Shown here one piece after another: positions 51,226 through 64,000 of a stretch of DNA of 64,000 nt. The notes beneath the pieces are model-generated. The model was not told the origin of the DNA, did no database searches, and saw only the letters and a program-made list of their open reading frames with translations. The translations under genes were made by a program, and so were the position numbers. How positions within the stretch are numbered: position 1 is the first letter of the stretch; each line of letters begins with the position of its first letter. The DNA is from Paraspadella gotoi (taxonomy: Eukaryota > Animalia > Chaetognatha): contig CM119266.1 of NCBI GenBank assembly GCA_051294375.1, forward strand, positions 18,896,087 to 18,960,086, written 5' to 3'.

Positions 51226-52773
51226 AGAGAGAGAAGAGAGGAGAGAGAGAGAGAGAGAGAGAGGAACCGATAGTATTTGTAGTGAGTCAAAGGTTGATCT
51301 TACCTTTTAAAACTCTGTTGGAGATGATGGAAAAAGGTCGGGAGTTTTTTTTTATTTTAAAACTGATGTTGAAATATTGGCGATAGTTAATATTTATGGT
51401 GCTATAATGCATTAAGGTTCCATAAACTAGATTTACTGGCGGATGGTGAAAAAAAAGGGGGGGATTGTTAATATGAGGTTAGAAGTGGGCGGTGATGGTG
51501 AATCCTGAGTCTGACGTGAAAAAGGTCCAGACACTGACTCGTAGTGAAGGCCGTTACGCAATTCGTTACGCACGGAGAAGCAGCGTTCTATTTTCAGTCG
51601 CCCATCGATTCTCTCTTTCTGCCCGCGTATTCTCCTAGCGAACCGTCTCCCCCTTCTGCCCGATGCTCGTTCTTTCATCACGCTGCCCGTCTTATCTTTT
51701 ATAATCCCATTACAAGGACCATTTTCCTCGTGTTTTTCGTCTCTACCGATTGACCCTCTCCTTTTTCTTTCGCTCCATCCCTTCTTATTTTCGGTTATCT
51801 TTTGTCCCTTAGGTTTTGCCCTCTTCCCATCTCTACGCCCATCTGTCAATCATCTATTCCCTCATCTTCTCCCTTATCTCTCCCCTCCCTTTACAGGCCG
51901 CCTGTCTTTCCATCGTCCCCGCTCGCCTGGCTTCCTTTTTTTTCTTTTTTTCCCCCCCATTTATTTTTTTTCCTTTTTTTCCATTTTTTTCCCTTACCAT
52001 TCACAATCTTCCCTTTTGGTGATTGACCTTTGGCAATTCTTAGGAGGACAAAGGTTTAAGATCCGCGTAATTGCCGAAAGTTTGGCTCAAATGAATTCTG
52101 TAAAATTTATCGAACGTAAATAAGAATTGATCGGACTTCGGTTTCGTCTCACGTTTTCTATTCCATGTCACGATAGACGGGATCGTGTGGCGCGTCCCCC
52201 GGATGTAACTAGACGGTGCGAGGAAAATCAAACAGCGCGTGACGTGATTTCTCGCTAGGAAATCAACAGCGAGTGAATAACCTTTTTGTCCATCCATTTT
52301 TAATTGTATTTATAATTGTTACAATATATTGATGTTTGACTTAGAGAAACTTTTATTACCTTTATTACCTAAACGTTTAAAACTTACATTTCTATAAAGA
52401 TATAATTAATATTTAGGTTTAATATCAAAACTAACTATATTTAATTAAGTAATTAATAAGATAGCGAGCACTGTAAGGGTCGGTATTAATATCAACTCGA
52501 TAGAGCTGTTCCTTTTTTTTGCATCACTCCTTTTTTCTTTCGGTTTTTGACTTTGGAATCTTTCGCGATTCTTGTCGCGTTTCAACTTCAGTTTCCAACG
52601 CCACCCTGGGGACGACGACGACGACGACGAAAACGACGACGACGAGAACGACGACGACGACGACGACACAAAATAAAACGAAGACAAAAAGGAATTCCAC
52701 ACTAGAATTTTTGAATTCAGTAACAACGAAGAAAAACGAAGAGATGCGAAAGAGACAATAACATTACCATTGT

Positions 52774-52853
52774 CGGTCAAAAGTCAGGGCCAAGTCTAAT
52801 TTGTTTCTTTTATTGAATGAATAGATAATTTTAGATATTAGTTGTACCAATTT
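52774..52853 (+). mobile_element. Family A fragment
   Basis: ggtcaaaagtcagggccaag..aatgaatagata..atattagttgtaccaatttt. Confidence 0.6.
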
Positions 52854-53583
52854 TATCATCAACAGTAAAAGCCAAAAAAAAACAAAACAATGTCTTCAAA
52901 GAAAACTAAGGTTGCAGCGGCAAGGGAAAGATAAATTAGTTACAACAAAAATAATTTTGTTTACAAATATAATAAAATTAAGCATCCGTCTTGATTTTTT
53001 GACATAACCTTGGAGCCACTGAGAAGAAATGGAAGATCATAACTGGAAAGACTTTCGAAATGATAAAAAAAAGAGACGCATAAGAAAAGTGAATTTCTGG
53101 TCATTAGACCTTGCCAAGTTGCCATATATCAAAAGTTTTGAAATAAAAAAAAACGCGTATTGTGTAAAAGGTGCCCAATGGGCACTGCCCATATATCATA
53201 TGAATTTTTTGAACATTTTTTCCTAAAAAAATTAATAGTAAATGCTGCCAAATGCCAACTGGACTTTTTGCTAAATATCTTTCAAAGCAGGACGAAACCC
53301 AATCTATCTTGTAGAGCGAAAAAAAAATTGACTATGTTACATACATTATAAATTAAGTTAGTTTTTTACCAGGTAACCTTTTTTTTTAAAAAAACCTATT
53401 GTTTTGGGCAATTTTTAATAAAAATTTTAAAAATGATATTTTAAAATTAAATTCAATAAAGCTGGTCATGGATCCACGTACGACTACAAATGACTAGGAA
53501 GTCTTTTCAAGCCTGAATCCCCGATTTTTTTAAGCCTAAGAAGAGTCGGACGGAAAATGTTGATGGGGCGGCGGTCAGTGACG

Positions 53584-53668
53584 TTACTGCTGCAGCTGGT
53601 GTTGTAGCTGTTGTTGCTGTGACTGCTCCCGGTAGAGGGCGAAGGTTGTAAGCGAAGAAAGACGCGAC
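53584..53668 (-). CDS. Candidate terminal exon with Gln-rich tail (SRLSSLTTFALYREQSQQQQLQHQLQQ*)
   Basis: Acceptor aaattcag; mixed CAA/CAG codons ending at TAA. Other frames are also open, so the frame is uncertain. Confidence 0.35.
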
Positions 53669-53792
53669 CTGAATTTCAATGAATTGAGTCAAATCTTGAT
53701 ACCCAATGACGATTCGCTATGTCCAATTGGTCCATTGTCCAATTGTCCAATTGGTCCATTGTCCAACCAAACGCGATGTTCCCATTCTATCT

Positions 53793-54188
53793 CCTCAAAT
53801 CGATTCCATCCTTTTCTCAAATCGATTCCATCCTTTTCTCAAATCGATTCCATCATTTTCTCAAATCGATTCTATCCTTTTCTCAAATCGATTCCATCCT
53901 CTTTTCAAATCGATTCCATTCTTTTCTCAAATCGATTTTATCCTTTTTCTCAAATTGATTCCATCATTTTCTCAAATGATTCCATCATTTTCTCAAATGA
54001 TTCCATCCTTTTTCAAATCGATACCATCCTTTTTCAAATCGATTCCATCCTTTTTCTCAAATTGTTTCAATCATTTTCTCAGATGATTCCATCATTTTTC
54101 TCAAATTGATTCCATCATTTTTCAAATCGATTCCATCCTTTTCTCAAATGATTCCATCCTTTTCTCATATCGATTCCAACCTTTTCTC
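53793..54188. repeat. ~22-bp minisatellite (tctcaaatcgattccatccttt)
   Basis: About 18 units; explains ORFs 53684-54109. Confidence 0.95.
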
Positions 54189-54819
54189 TCCCCCCCCTTC
54201 TTCCTTTTTTAATTTCCTCGCCGTAGTTCGACGCGACGAATAAAAAGGGAATGAAAAAGTCATAAAACTCGTTTTTTCGTCGTGTCGTCGTCGACGTCGT
54301 CGTCGTCGTCGTCGTCGGCGACGGCCTTCGAGTCGTGAGTTAACTTTTACGATCGTTCTCCTGCTTTTTTTTCTTTTTTGTCCTCATTCTCTTGCTTTTT
54401 TCTCATTGCTTTTTTCTGCTTTTTTCTTCGGCTTCTTCTTCCTCGACGAATTCTTAAAGATGGCGATCAATCCTGGATCAGAGATTGACTCCTTAAACCT
54501 TTTAAATTTCCAAGATTAAATTGTTATTGAAAAAGTCATTTAACATGAAATCGTCGTAGCTAACTATTGTTTATATGTATAAAAATTAGATCTAAGTATT
54601 ACTAGATTGATTATGTGAAATTATGTGAAATTATTATGTGAAATTATTTGAAATTTCCATCTCTTACTTCAATGGCGTTCGATTGCATTGCATTTATCTC
54701 GTACTCTGCTTTAACAATGAATTAAACTGCTTGACGCATTATCTATTCTTGACCGTTTTAAAATTAATTTTGCCTGATCCGCTTTTCCTTTCCCTCATTC
54801 GCCTCCTCACCAGTTTAAA

Positions 54820-55062
54820 GCCTCACTTACATCTGTGCCATCTCTCTCTCACTTTCCCCTTCAGTCGCCTCACTTACACCAGCGCCATCTCGCTCTCACT
54901 TTCCCTTTCAGTCGCCTCACTTACATCAGTGCCATCTCTCTCTCAGTTTCTCCTTCAGTCGCCTCACTTATATCAGTGCCATCTTTCTCTCCCTTTCCCC
55001 TTCAGTAGCCTCACTTACATCAGCGCCATCTCTCTCTCCCTTTCCCCACTCTTCAGTCGCCT
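54820..55062. repeat. ~46-bp minisatellite (gcctcacttacatcagtgccatctctctc..ttcccttcagtc) x5
   Basis: Directly visible; explains ORF 54638-55246. Confidence 0.9.
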
Positions 55063-55169
55063 ACCCAACGAATCTAAAAACCTTGTTCCCGCGACTCAAA
55101 GCGGTCGGGATTTTCCAATTTTACGGTCCTCGTCCCTTCCCTTCGATGTTGAGGTCCTGACCTTCGACC

Positions 55170-55235
55170 CGGACGTCACTCTGTCTCGGTCACCGATTGG
55201 TCGAAGATCCGGCGAGAGAGCCGCCGATTGGTCGG
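55170..55235. promoter_or_regulatory. CRE-like site plus two CCAAT boxes 31 bp apart
   Basis: gacgtcac near 55172; ccgattggtcg twice (ATTGG at 55196 and 55227). Confidence 0.45.
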
Positions 55236-57862
55236 AGGAAGGATGACGCAAGCAACGACGACGACGAGGACGAAGACGCTGGCGACGACGACAAAGAGAT
55301 CGGCCATATTGATATGCAGCAGCGACGCTCGTCGTGTTCGGCGTGAAACGCGATTAGCGAATATGAAGAAGGATTTAGTGCCACATGAATTCCTTTTTTT
55401 TTTATTCTGAATATCGTTTACCAGTCGTAAAAAAAAGGGGAGAAGGGGAAATAGAGGGGGGCGGGGGGAGGAGGATGTGGGACACTTCCTGTCAAAAAGA
55501 TAGGATGAATGAAGTAGTAATCCTTGTAAGCTGCGGTCAGGTGCCGTGCGAGGGATACACTCATTTCTCAGTGGAAATTCCTCAAATAAAAAAAGGTCGA
55601 TCAAGGTTGTTTTGGGGGGGGAGAATTCACTGTAGAATTATCAAGGCATTTTATCTTCCTTAATCTGGATAGTTGTTGTAATGACTATAATTTATAGTAT
55701 AAATAAATAGTATAGTTTAATTTATAGTATAAATTTGTCTTTTCACTATGCGCTCCCCCTAATCCTTTTTCAAATGTGTCCCCGGTGCAATGGTTGGTAA
55801 TTAAATTTCACGTCCAATCTAAATTTATTTTGGTGCCGGCAATTTCTTTTCCTTTTGTAAAATTTATTATTAATCTTAGCATTTTGATCGTCGTCGTCGT
55901 CGTCGTCGTCGTCTCACACATAATCTTACACAGACAGAGTCGAGTCTTTTTTCGAAAAGAACATTCTTTCTCGCTCGTTCTCACTCTCGACCCGCGATTA
56001 TTTTCTCTTATCTTCTCTCAAAAACTTCTCTTACTTTGATCCTTCAATTCTCTTTTTTTTTACTCCCGAGACATTAATTTATTATAATAAATTCAGTAAA
56101 TGAAATACAATATAAACCCAACTTGTTTTGTCAAATAGTAAAAACATAATTTATTCTTCACTTACTATTACTTGCGTCAATTTGCAGTTCGTAGTGAACA
56201 AAATACGAACTCTGAGCCTAAAAGAAAAAAAGTCTGTACAACGAGTTTAATTGAGTCTTTGAATCGTCTACTCCTTTCTTTTCCCCTTTCAAAGATAATG
56301 GTTGTTGACCCCCGACCCTTTCCATTGCTTCACGTATATGCACTTTAAGTCTCTCTCTCTCTCTCTCTCTCTCTNNNNNNNNNNNNNNNNNNNNNNNNNN
56401 NNNNNNNNNNNNNNNNNNNNNNNNNNNNNNNNNNNNNNNNNNNNNNNNNNNNNNNNNNNNNNNNNNNNNNNNNNNNNNNNNNNNNNNNNNNNNNNNNNNN
56501 NNNNNNNNNNNNNNNNNNNNNNNNNNNNNNNNNNNNNNNNNNNNNNNNNNNNNNNNNNNNNNNNNNNNNNNNNNNNNNNNNNNNNNNNNNNNNNNNNNNN
56601 NNNNNNNNNNNNNNNNNNNNNNNNNNNNNNNNNNNNNNNNNNNNNNNNNNNNNNNNNNNNNNNNNNNNNNNNNNNNNNNNNNNNNNNNNNNNNNNNNNNN
56701 NNNNNNNNNNNNNNNNNNNNNNNNNNNNNNNNNNNNNNNNNNNNNNNNNNNNNNNNNNNNNNNNNNNNNNNNNNNNNNNNNNNNNNNNNNNNNNNNNNNN
56801 NNNNNNNNNNNNNNNNNNNNNNNNNNNNNNNNNNNNNNNNNNNNNNNNNNNNNNNNNNNNNNAGAGAGCGAGAGAGGGGGGGGAGAGAGAAAGAGAGAGC
56901 GTTGTGACCCATATCTCCCTTGATAAAAAATCGGTCAACCAAAGGCTCGTCCGTCCGCTTGGGTTTTTTGCTTCGGCTCCAAATCCAGAAAAATTCCTCG
57001 TTTTTTGAAGCTGCGTAGTGCGTACCAAATCGTACCAAAGGCAAAGCCGTACCATCTTGCAAAATAAATGTTGCTCAAACTTTTGCTTAACTTTTGCAAT
57101 TTAATTTAATTTAATTTATTTGGAAAATGTTTTGTTTTGTTTTGAATTTACTATTGTTTATCAAAAGAGCTCATTAGAAGCAGAAATACTATTTTTTTAA
57201 ATATATATATATATAAAAGTTACGAAAGTTTCAACGACATTTATTTTCCAAGATGGTACATGTAGTAATTGTGAGGATTCAGTGCGTTTCAACTCAGGAG
57301 GCCGAATCCGGTTATCGACGACCAGAATACAATAGTTAAAATGCCTATCCTTCGCATAGACAGCAAATTTTTATTTTATTATTATTAATATTTATTTATT
57401 ATTTTGTTATTTTTTTCATTTATTTAATTACAGTGTTTGGTCTGAAATGACGCATTCTGATAAAAATAATTATAAGCCAGGTTAAATATTTCGCGTTGAA
57501 TTATCGCTAAATGAGGTAAGGCGACGACGACGACGACGACGACAGAAGAACAATTGCGACGATTTCCTCCTTTTTTTCTTTGTGTCGAGAGAAATGAGAT
57601 CAGCTTCGTCGATTCAACTTCATCGCCAAAACCTCGGGTTTGCTCTTTCCATTTCTCTTTCTCTTTCTATTTCTCTTTCAATTTCTCTCACCGTCAATGA
57701 TGCCTGTCTATAAAGAGTTTTAAATGTATTTTAAATGTAAACTCCTCCTTGTTATGATTTTCACTACTCAAATACTAAGTATTGTCTGTCAGCGAAAATT
57801 AACCATCTTCACTTTCCGCTTAACTCTTAAGGCTTCATTTCCAGAAGGACGAATTGTCAATA

Positions 57863-57909
<47 letters not shown>

Positions 57910-58435
57910 TTCTCTCCCTTTCTCCCTTTATAATTCTATATATCTTGCTCTCTCTTGGTCACTTTTCTCTCCTGCTTACTAATAAGAAAACAAATTTCAG
58001 AAGAAAATATTTTTTTCATTTTCTACTATATCTCATTTTGGTTTCAGAATGAAATTTTAATTTTAGTATCTAAAGTTTCTTTCACGCATTTCTTTTTATT
58101 TCAATGATAGTTTTCCTTTCAGTTTATATTTTCAGCAGCATTTCAAGTATTAATTCAGTATAATACTACGTGATTTTACCAAAACATAGACTACATTTAG
58201 ACATGACAGTGTTCAACAAAATAGCCTTAGGAAATTCTCGGAATTTCTACAACTTTTGCGATCAAGTTAGAATTCGGAGCAGCGGAGCAGCGGAGCAGAG
58301 GAGCAGAGGAGCAGCGGAGCAGCGAAGTTCCACTCAAATTTCTCTTCTTCACTAATTTTTTCTTACTTTTTTCTTGAATTCTTTCTATCTTTCTCTCTTA
58401 CTTTCTATCCTGATTTTGAAAGAGAGAAAGAAAAA

Positions 58436-58523
<88 letters not shown>

Positions 58524-58862
58524 AAAAAAAATACTCGATGCTTCGAACGTTTTTTTACGTTTCAACGAATTTGGAGTAAAAAAAAACGAAAAAAAAACGG
58601 GTGTTAGAATTGATAAATATTTCCTATTTAATTAAATTACATCGAATGACAACTACTTTACAAGAGATCGTATATTCTAATATAACACATATATAATAAC
58701 ATATAATATCTTTATATAATATAATACACGACTACTTAATTGATTTTAAAAATGTTAAAATGGAGTTTTTCTAAGCCTAAGGGAGTTTAATATGTCCAGG
58801 TCGATAATGTTAGTAAAGAAGTTTAGTTGCTTTTTCAGCAAAAACTTTTTTCTATTTTTTAT

Positions 58863-58969
<107 letters not shown>

Positions 58970-59425
58970 GAGCGATTAATCCGCAACATGGTCACGGCGG
59001 GATTTCCCAACCTTGGAATCTGCCGCAAATTGCCTCAATGAGTCCGTCCGCCTCCCCGCCGCCAAACCCATGACTTTTTTTTTTCTTTCGACGTAAATTA
59101 GGAAACGGAACTTGAAGGGGAAAAAACCCCCGAAGTGAGAAAAACAAAAGGCGGCGTTTGTGACTTGGATATCACGGGCTTTTCCTCCACCAGTTCCGTA
59201 GAAAAGAAAAGAAAATCAAAAAAGGAGGAGACGGATTGGTCGTCCGGCTCTGGGACTCAAACTGTGAACTCATTTAAAAAAAAACAACTAAAACTAAAAC
59301 AATAAAGGAAGAATGTGAGTCGCGTGCCTTTTATATTCGTTTCCACAGTTATTTTTTTTTAAAGAGGACTTTGAAAAAAAAAAAAACCGTCGATTGTTAA
59401 GTATATATGAGAAGGAATAATTTTT

Positions 59426-59882
59426 ATGAAATTGGTACAACCAATATAAAAATTATATTAGTTGTACCAATTTCATGACATCTCCTTGTATTTTGATGCT
59501 AGTTCGGAGTACAATAAAGTATAAACCGATCTAATACTTATGTGAGTGGTCCTTTTATACAATTTAAACGTACTGCGAAATTTGAAATGTCATATGTACA
59601 ACTTCATTGATAGGGAAGCCAGATATTAGTAGTGAATAATCGTGTAGTGAATGCCCCCCCGTTAGAAATGTGAAAGAGACTTGATTAAAAGCTTGCAAAG
59701 TCCTGCTATGTCATTATCTAGAATAAATTCCACTTTGGTTTCACTTTGAAATCCCTGTCTACATACATACTTAAATAGAGTGATGAAGGCCTTAAAACAT
59801 CATAGCCTATCGAAAGGCAGGGGCAAGATAGATTATTCATTAACTGAACGGAAAATTTTTATATTGGTTGTACGAATTTAAT
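59426..59882 (+). mobile_element. Family A full monomer with terminal redundancy and an inverted 5' segment
   Basis: tatattRgttgtac occurs at both ends (~59455 and ~59860). A 24-bp inverted copy precedes the first. A ~60-bp insertion splits P5. Confidence 0.85.
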
Positions 59883-60128
59883 ATGATACAGTAGCTAACT
59901 CGAGCGAACTAAATCTTTTTCATTGCTACAGTTGTACCTTCTTATTGAGTAAAAAACAGAATTTAACTTTTATCTCTACGATTTTGCAGAATGAAAAAAA
60001 AAAATTGAAGCTTTGAGTTTCTAATGGAAGCGAAGGAAAAAGAATTCAAAGTTGGTCTCTTCGTCGGAGAAGACTGACCCTCAGAATAGAATTCGGCCGG
60101 AGGTGGATGAGAAGCCGATTCTGGCGCC

Positions 60129-60130
<2 letters not shown>

Positions 60131-60226
<96 letters not shown>

Positions 60227-60516
60227 GGAAATTAAGGAAAAAGTTAAAGTTAAAGGGATAAAGCTAGCAATTATTAATTAAATAATTAATAATTAATGAA
60301 ATAATTAGATATATATTGTAGCACCTAATGGGATGTCCTTGAAAATGTTTTAATTTCCTCATTGACGTAAACGTCTAATTTTGGTTGAAAGAAAAAGTCA
60401 GAAGCCCGACTAGGATTTAAGGCGGACTCATCTAAATAGGAACGGAACGATCGTCGCAGAAGTTTACCGAAAGAGAGGATGAGAGAGAGAGAGAGAAGAG
60501 AGAAGAGAAGAAGAGA

Positions 60517-60563
<47 letters not shown>

Positions 60564-61105
60564 CAAAGAAAAAAATGTTTCACTGAATGATGAACGAATG
60601 ATCTTAAACTCAAAACGTTCTCTCTCTCTCCTGGCTCTCATCTCTTCCTCTTGAAAAATATATTTTGGGTGAGATGAAACTGAGAGTATAAAACGCAGGT
60701 TCGTGATATACTGATGCAGTAGCCATTTTCGNNNNNNNNNNNNNNNNNNNNNNNNNTCTTCTCTCTTCTCTCGTCGTCTTCTACTCTCTGTTCTCTCTCT
60801 CGTCCTCTCTCTCTGCTCTCTCTCTACTCTCTCTCTCTCCTCTCTCTCTCTCTCGTCTCTCTCTCTCTGCTCTCTCTCTGCTCTCTCGTCTCTCTCTCTT
60901 TCTCATCGAACGCCATAAATGCAGGTGAGCGAAAATGGCTACTGCATTCAGTATATCACGAACCTGCGTTTTATACTCTCAGTTTCATCTCACCAAAATA
61001 TATTTTTCAAGAGGAAGAGATGAGAGCCAGAGAGAGAGAGAGACGTTTTGAGTTTAAATCTATCTTTCATCATTCAGTGAAACATTTTTTTCTCTGTGTC
61101 TCTCC

Positions 61106-61146
<41 letters not shown>

Positions 61147-61427
61147 CCTCCTTCTCTCTTCTCTCTCTCTCTCTCTCCTCTCTACTTCGGAAATTCTCGA
61201 GATCGTTCCGTCTATTTAGATGAGTCCGCCTTAAATCCTAGTCGGGCTTCTGACTTTTTCTTTCAAGCCAAAATTAGACGTTTACGTCAATGAGGAAATT
61301 AAAACGATTTTCAAGGAACATCCCATAGGTGCTACAATATATATCCTTATATTTCATTAATTATTAATTATTTAATTAATAATTGCTAGCTTTATCCCTA
61401 TACTTTAACTTTTTCCCTAATCTTCCC

Positions 61428-61480
<53 letters not shown>

Positions 61481-61500
61481 CTCTCTATCGCTCTCTCTCT
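60131..61500. repeat. Inverted duplication (arms ~60131-60731 and ~60930-61500) around an N gap
   Basis: Reverse-complement match with scattered indels. Confidence 0.9.
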
Positions 61501-61526
61501 TCTTCTCCTCTCTCCATCTCTCTCCT

Positions 61527-61559
<33 letters not shown>

Positions 61560-62813
61560 GTTGAGCGACAGTGATAAATGATATCATTTCGTCGTAGCTT
61601 CTGATGTCTTCCGAGGCTTTCTGTTGTGAGAAAAAGGTTAAAATAACAAGATGATAATATTATAATTTTTATTTATACATACTCTTGCCTTCTTAGAATT
61701 ATTTATGAAACTAGAAAGGAAGAAACTTTCGGGTTAAAAATTAAAAATTTACGGTCTAAGCGAAACCACATTTTTTATAAATTGAATTATTTAGCTCTTG
61801 TGTCTCGTGTTCTCGCTTGGTAAGCTCCTCCTAGATTCAGTAAGTGGACATTTAACGGATCTAACGGTCCATTCTTTCCAGTGACTTTATCATTGTTAGA
61901 TCGATCTTCTTAAAAATGATATTTCGTTTTCACAACTTGAGAAGAGAAGATCTCGGATAAAGCAAACGGGACTGGACAGGGGGTTTTAGATAACGCAAAT
62001 CGAAACTGAAGGTAAATGCATTTTTGAGAGAAAAGAGGAAGGGAAAAGAAAAGAAAAGAAAAGAAAAGAAAAGAAAAGAAAAAGAAAAACCAACATAAAA
62101 AAGAGAGAAAACGAGAAAAAGTAGATTACTGATAATAATTATTATTAACGGGAAAAAGCAAGTTAATGATAATAATTATCAATTCAACAACGAATCACGA
62201 ATCCTCAGTTTCCGACCTTCACATCTATAACAATCAGTAATCTATAACAATCTATAACAATCTATAACAATCTATAACAATCTATAACATCGACCTCTTC
62301 AACCACTATTTCCTTGTAAATACTACAATCGGGAGTTTCTCAAATTTCGATAAATTTTTCGTGCTTAGAATTTGACTGGCAACCATGGCTTACTATCTGA
62401 GAAGGTCAGATCCGTAATTTGCGGACCGACTGACCGACAGACGCGAATACTCGCGGCGCAACTCATAAAAAAAACAAATACTTTCGTATGAAGAAACGAA
62501 TAGAGAAATAAAAAAAACAAAAAAACATCGAGATAAAAAAAAAAGGAAAAAGGAAAAATAAAGGAAAAGATAAAAAAGGAAAAAAGAAAGATGGTTTCGA
62601 CGCTCTCCTTTTTTTTTCTTTCGACAGCGTTTGGGTGAGCAAAGCCTAAGAAAGGTCAAAAGTCGTGTTGCGTTTGGGTCCAAGATTTTCGACGAACAGA
62701 ACGGGCGAAAGGAGGAGCTAGTGGCGTGAGAGAGACGGTGAGGTGGTCGATGGTTAAGGCGAGTGAAGATTAAGATTTAATAAAGATAAGATTTAATAAG
62801 ATTTAATAAATGT

Positions 62814-63090
62814 ATGAAATTGGAACAACCAATATAACAAATAAGTTATCTTTGAACATGCTATGGTGGTGCTATGGTGCAATGTCTGTGGTGCTATGGT
62901 GCTATGGTGGGCTAAGGTTTCGATACATCTTACATTTACTAGATAATAACAAGAAAGCTTTCATTAAGAATCTCTTACAGTCTCGTTAATTCACTTCCAG
63001 AATACCTGGCTTCCCTATCGATGGGATAATATCAGTGGTATAAAATTTCAAAGAATGTTTAAATTGTATAAACTATGAAAGCACCACTCT
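62814..63090 (-). mobile_element. Family A copy, highly decayed, with internal (gctatggt)n expansion
   Basis: tgaaattggaacaaccaatata..acagtctcgttaattcacttccagaatacctggcttccctatc..tttcaaagaatgttt..gaaagcaccactc. Confidence 0.75.
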
Positions 63091-63198
63091 CTTTCGTATA
63101 ACTGATCATGGTAGTTCACATATGTATAAAAACGTTTGTTCCTGATGGAGGTCAGAGTTAAAAGAGATGGAACGGGTCAATTCAAATTTAGCTCCTGT

Positions 63199-63363
63199 TT
63201 AACTCGAGAAGTCTGGAGCTGCTTCAGTATAAATCGTAGCTTCACTGTTGACTTTGTTGTTGTTTTTCGTGAGAGTTTCGTTGTCGTCGTCCTCTTCTTC
63301 CTCCTTACGCTCGTCCTCTTCTTCCTCTTCTTCCTCCCCGCTGTTATGAAGGCTTATTTTTCT
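63199..63363 (-). CDS. Candidate terminal exon with acidic tract (RKISLHNSGEEEEEEEDERKEEEEDDDNETLTKNNNKVNSEATIYTEAAPDFSS*)
   Basis: Acceptor aatccgcag; 55 codons with mixed GAA/GAG/GAC usage, ending at TAA. Confidence 0.4.
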   Translation of the reverse strand, partial: RKISLHNSGEEEEEEEDERKEEEEDDDNETLTKNNNKVNSEATIYTEAAPDFSS

Positions 63364-63644
63364 CTGCGGATTTAGTTTGACAAGAAAACGATTCTGGGAT
63401 TGTTTTGGTCTCGTTGTAAACTCGGATGTTTATGAACCGACGGAGGGGGTCGCCTCGGTCGGGAGTGGAAGCTCACAGCGGAGAATCTCGTGGTTCTCAG
63501 TCTTAAGTGTCTGACTGTCGGAGATAATCGGTTATATACGACTAATCACTAATCACCTCATCTCTCTTCCTTATTCATTTTAACGTATAACCATTAACCA
63601 TTAACCATTAACCATCATTTAAGCGCGATTCAGTTTACCACTAA

Positions 63645-64000
63645 AATTCACCACTTTAACCCCTTTCTTTCCTCGCCCACGCCAAGATCACTCACTTAAA
63701 CCTTTCTTTTCCTCGCCCACCAAGATTCACCACTTAAACCCCTTTCTTTCCTCGCCACCAAGATTCACCACTTTACCCCTTTCTTTCCTCGCCACCAAGA
63801 TTCACACACTTTAACACCCTTTCTTCCTCGCCCACCAAGATTCACCACTTTAACCCCTTTCTTTCCTCGCCCACCAAGATTCACCACTTTACCCCTTTCT
63901 TTCCTCGCCCACCAAGATTCACCACTTACCCTTTCTTTCTCCCCACCAAGATTCACCTACTTTAACCCTTTTCTTTCCTTACCCACCAAGATTCATACTT
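63645..64000. repeat. ~36-bp minisatellite (caagattcaccactttaacccctttctttcctcgcccac)
   Basis: About 10 units, running off the window end. Confidence 0.95.

Larger units (their letters stand above)
40161..52043. repeat. ~12-kb inverted duplication (arms ~40161-45819 and ~46035-52043; extends as 36740-37030 vs 52044-52346)
   Basis: Continuous reverse-complement match with many 1-nt indels; ~215-bp CT-rich spacer. Confidence 0.95.

Noticed and set aside
53793-55062. Regular repeats as a CRISPR array
   Set aside because: Contiguous tandem units without unique spacers, no cas genes, eukaryotic context.

Overview
Repeat-rich, AT-rich eukaryotic (probably metazoan) draft-assembly DNA with many N gaps and (AG)n/(AAAG)n/(GAC)n microsatellites. 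Almost all ORF-track entries are translations of low-complexity sequence. No protein could be named; only a few candidate spliced exons are supported. The main signal is a dispersed ~300-350 bp repeat (family A, about 10 copies or fragments). Its consensus folds into a circularly permuted (type-P5) twister-ribozyme architecture, with compensatory changes in both pseudoknots and a palindromic 6-nt mini-P1. Copies are terminally redundant or head-to-tail, which suggests a twister-based retrozyme or Penelope-pLTR-like element. No single copy is intact, so the call rests on the consensus. The window also holds an HDV-like double-pseudoknot motif with an extended L3, a truncated second HDV-like motif and a decayed minimal hammerhead. 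A second structured solo-LTR/SINE-like family (B) sits inside family A at two independent sites. A ~12 kb fold-back (40.2-52.0 kb) and a ~1.4 kb fold-back (60.1-61.5 kb) are probably assembly artefacts, but the large one exposes a 3.1 kb presence/absence insertion. All RNA structures were derived by eye.
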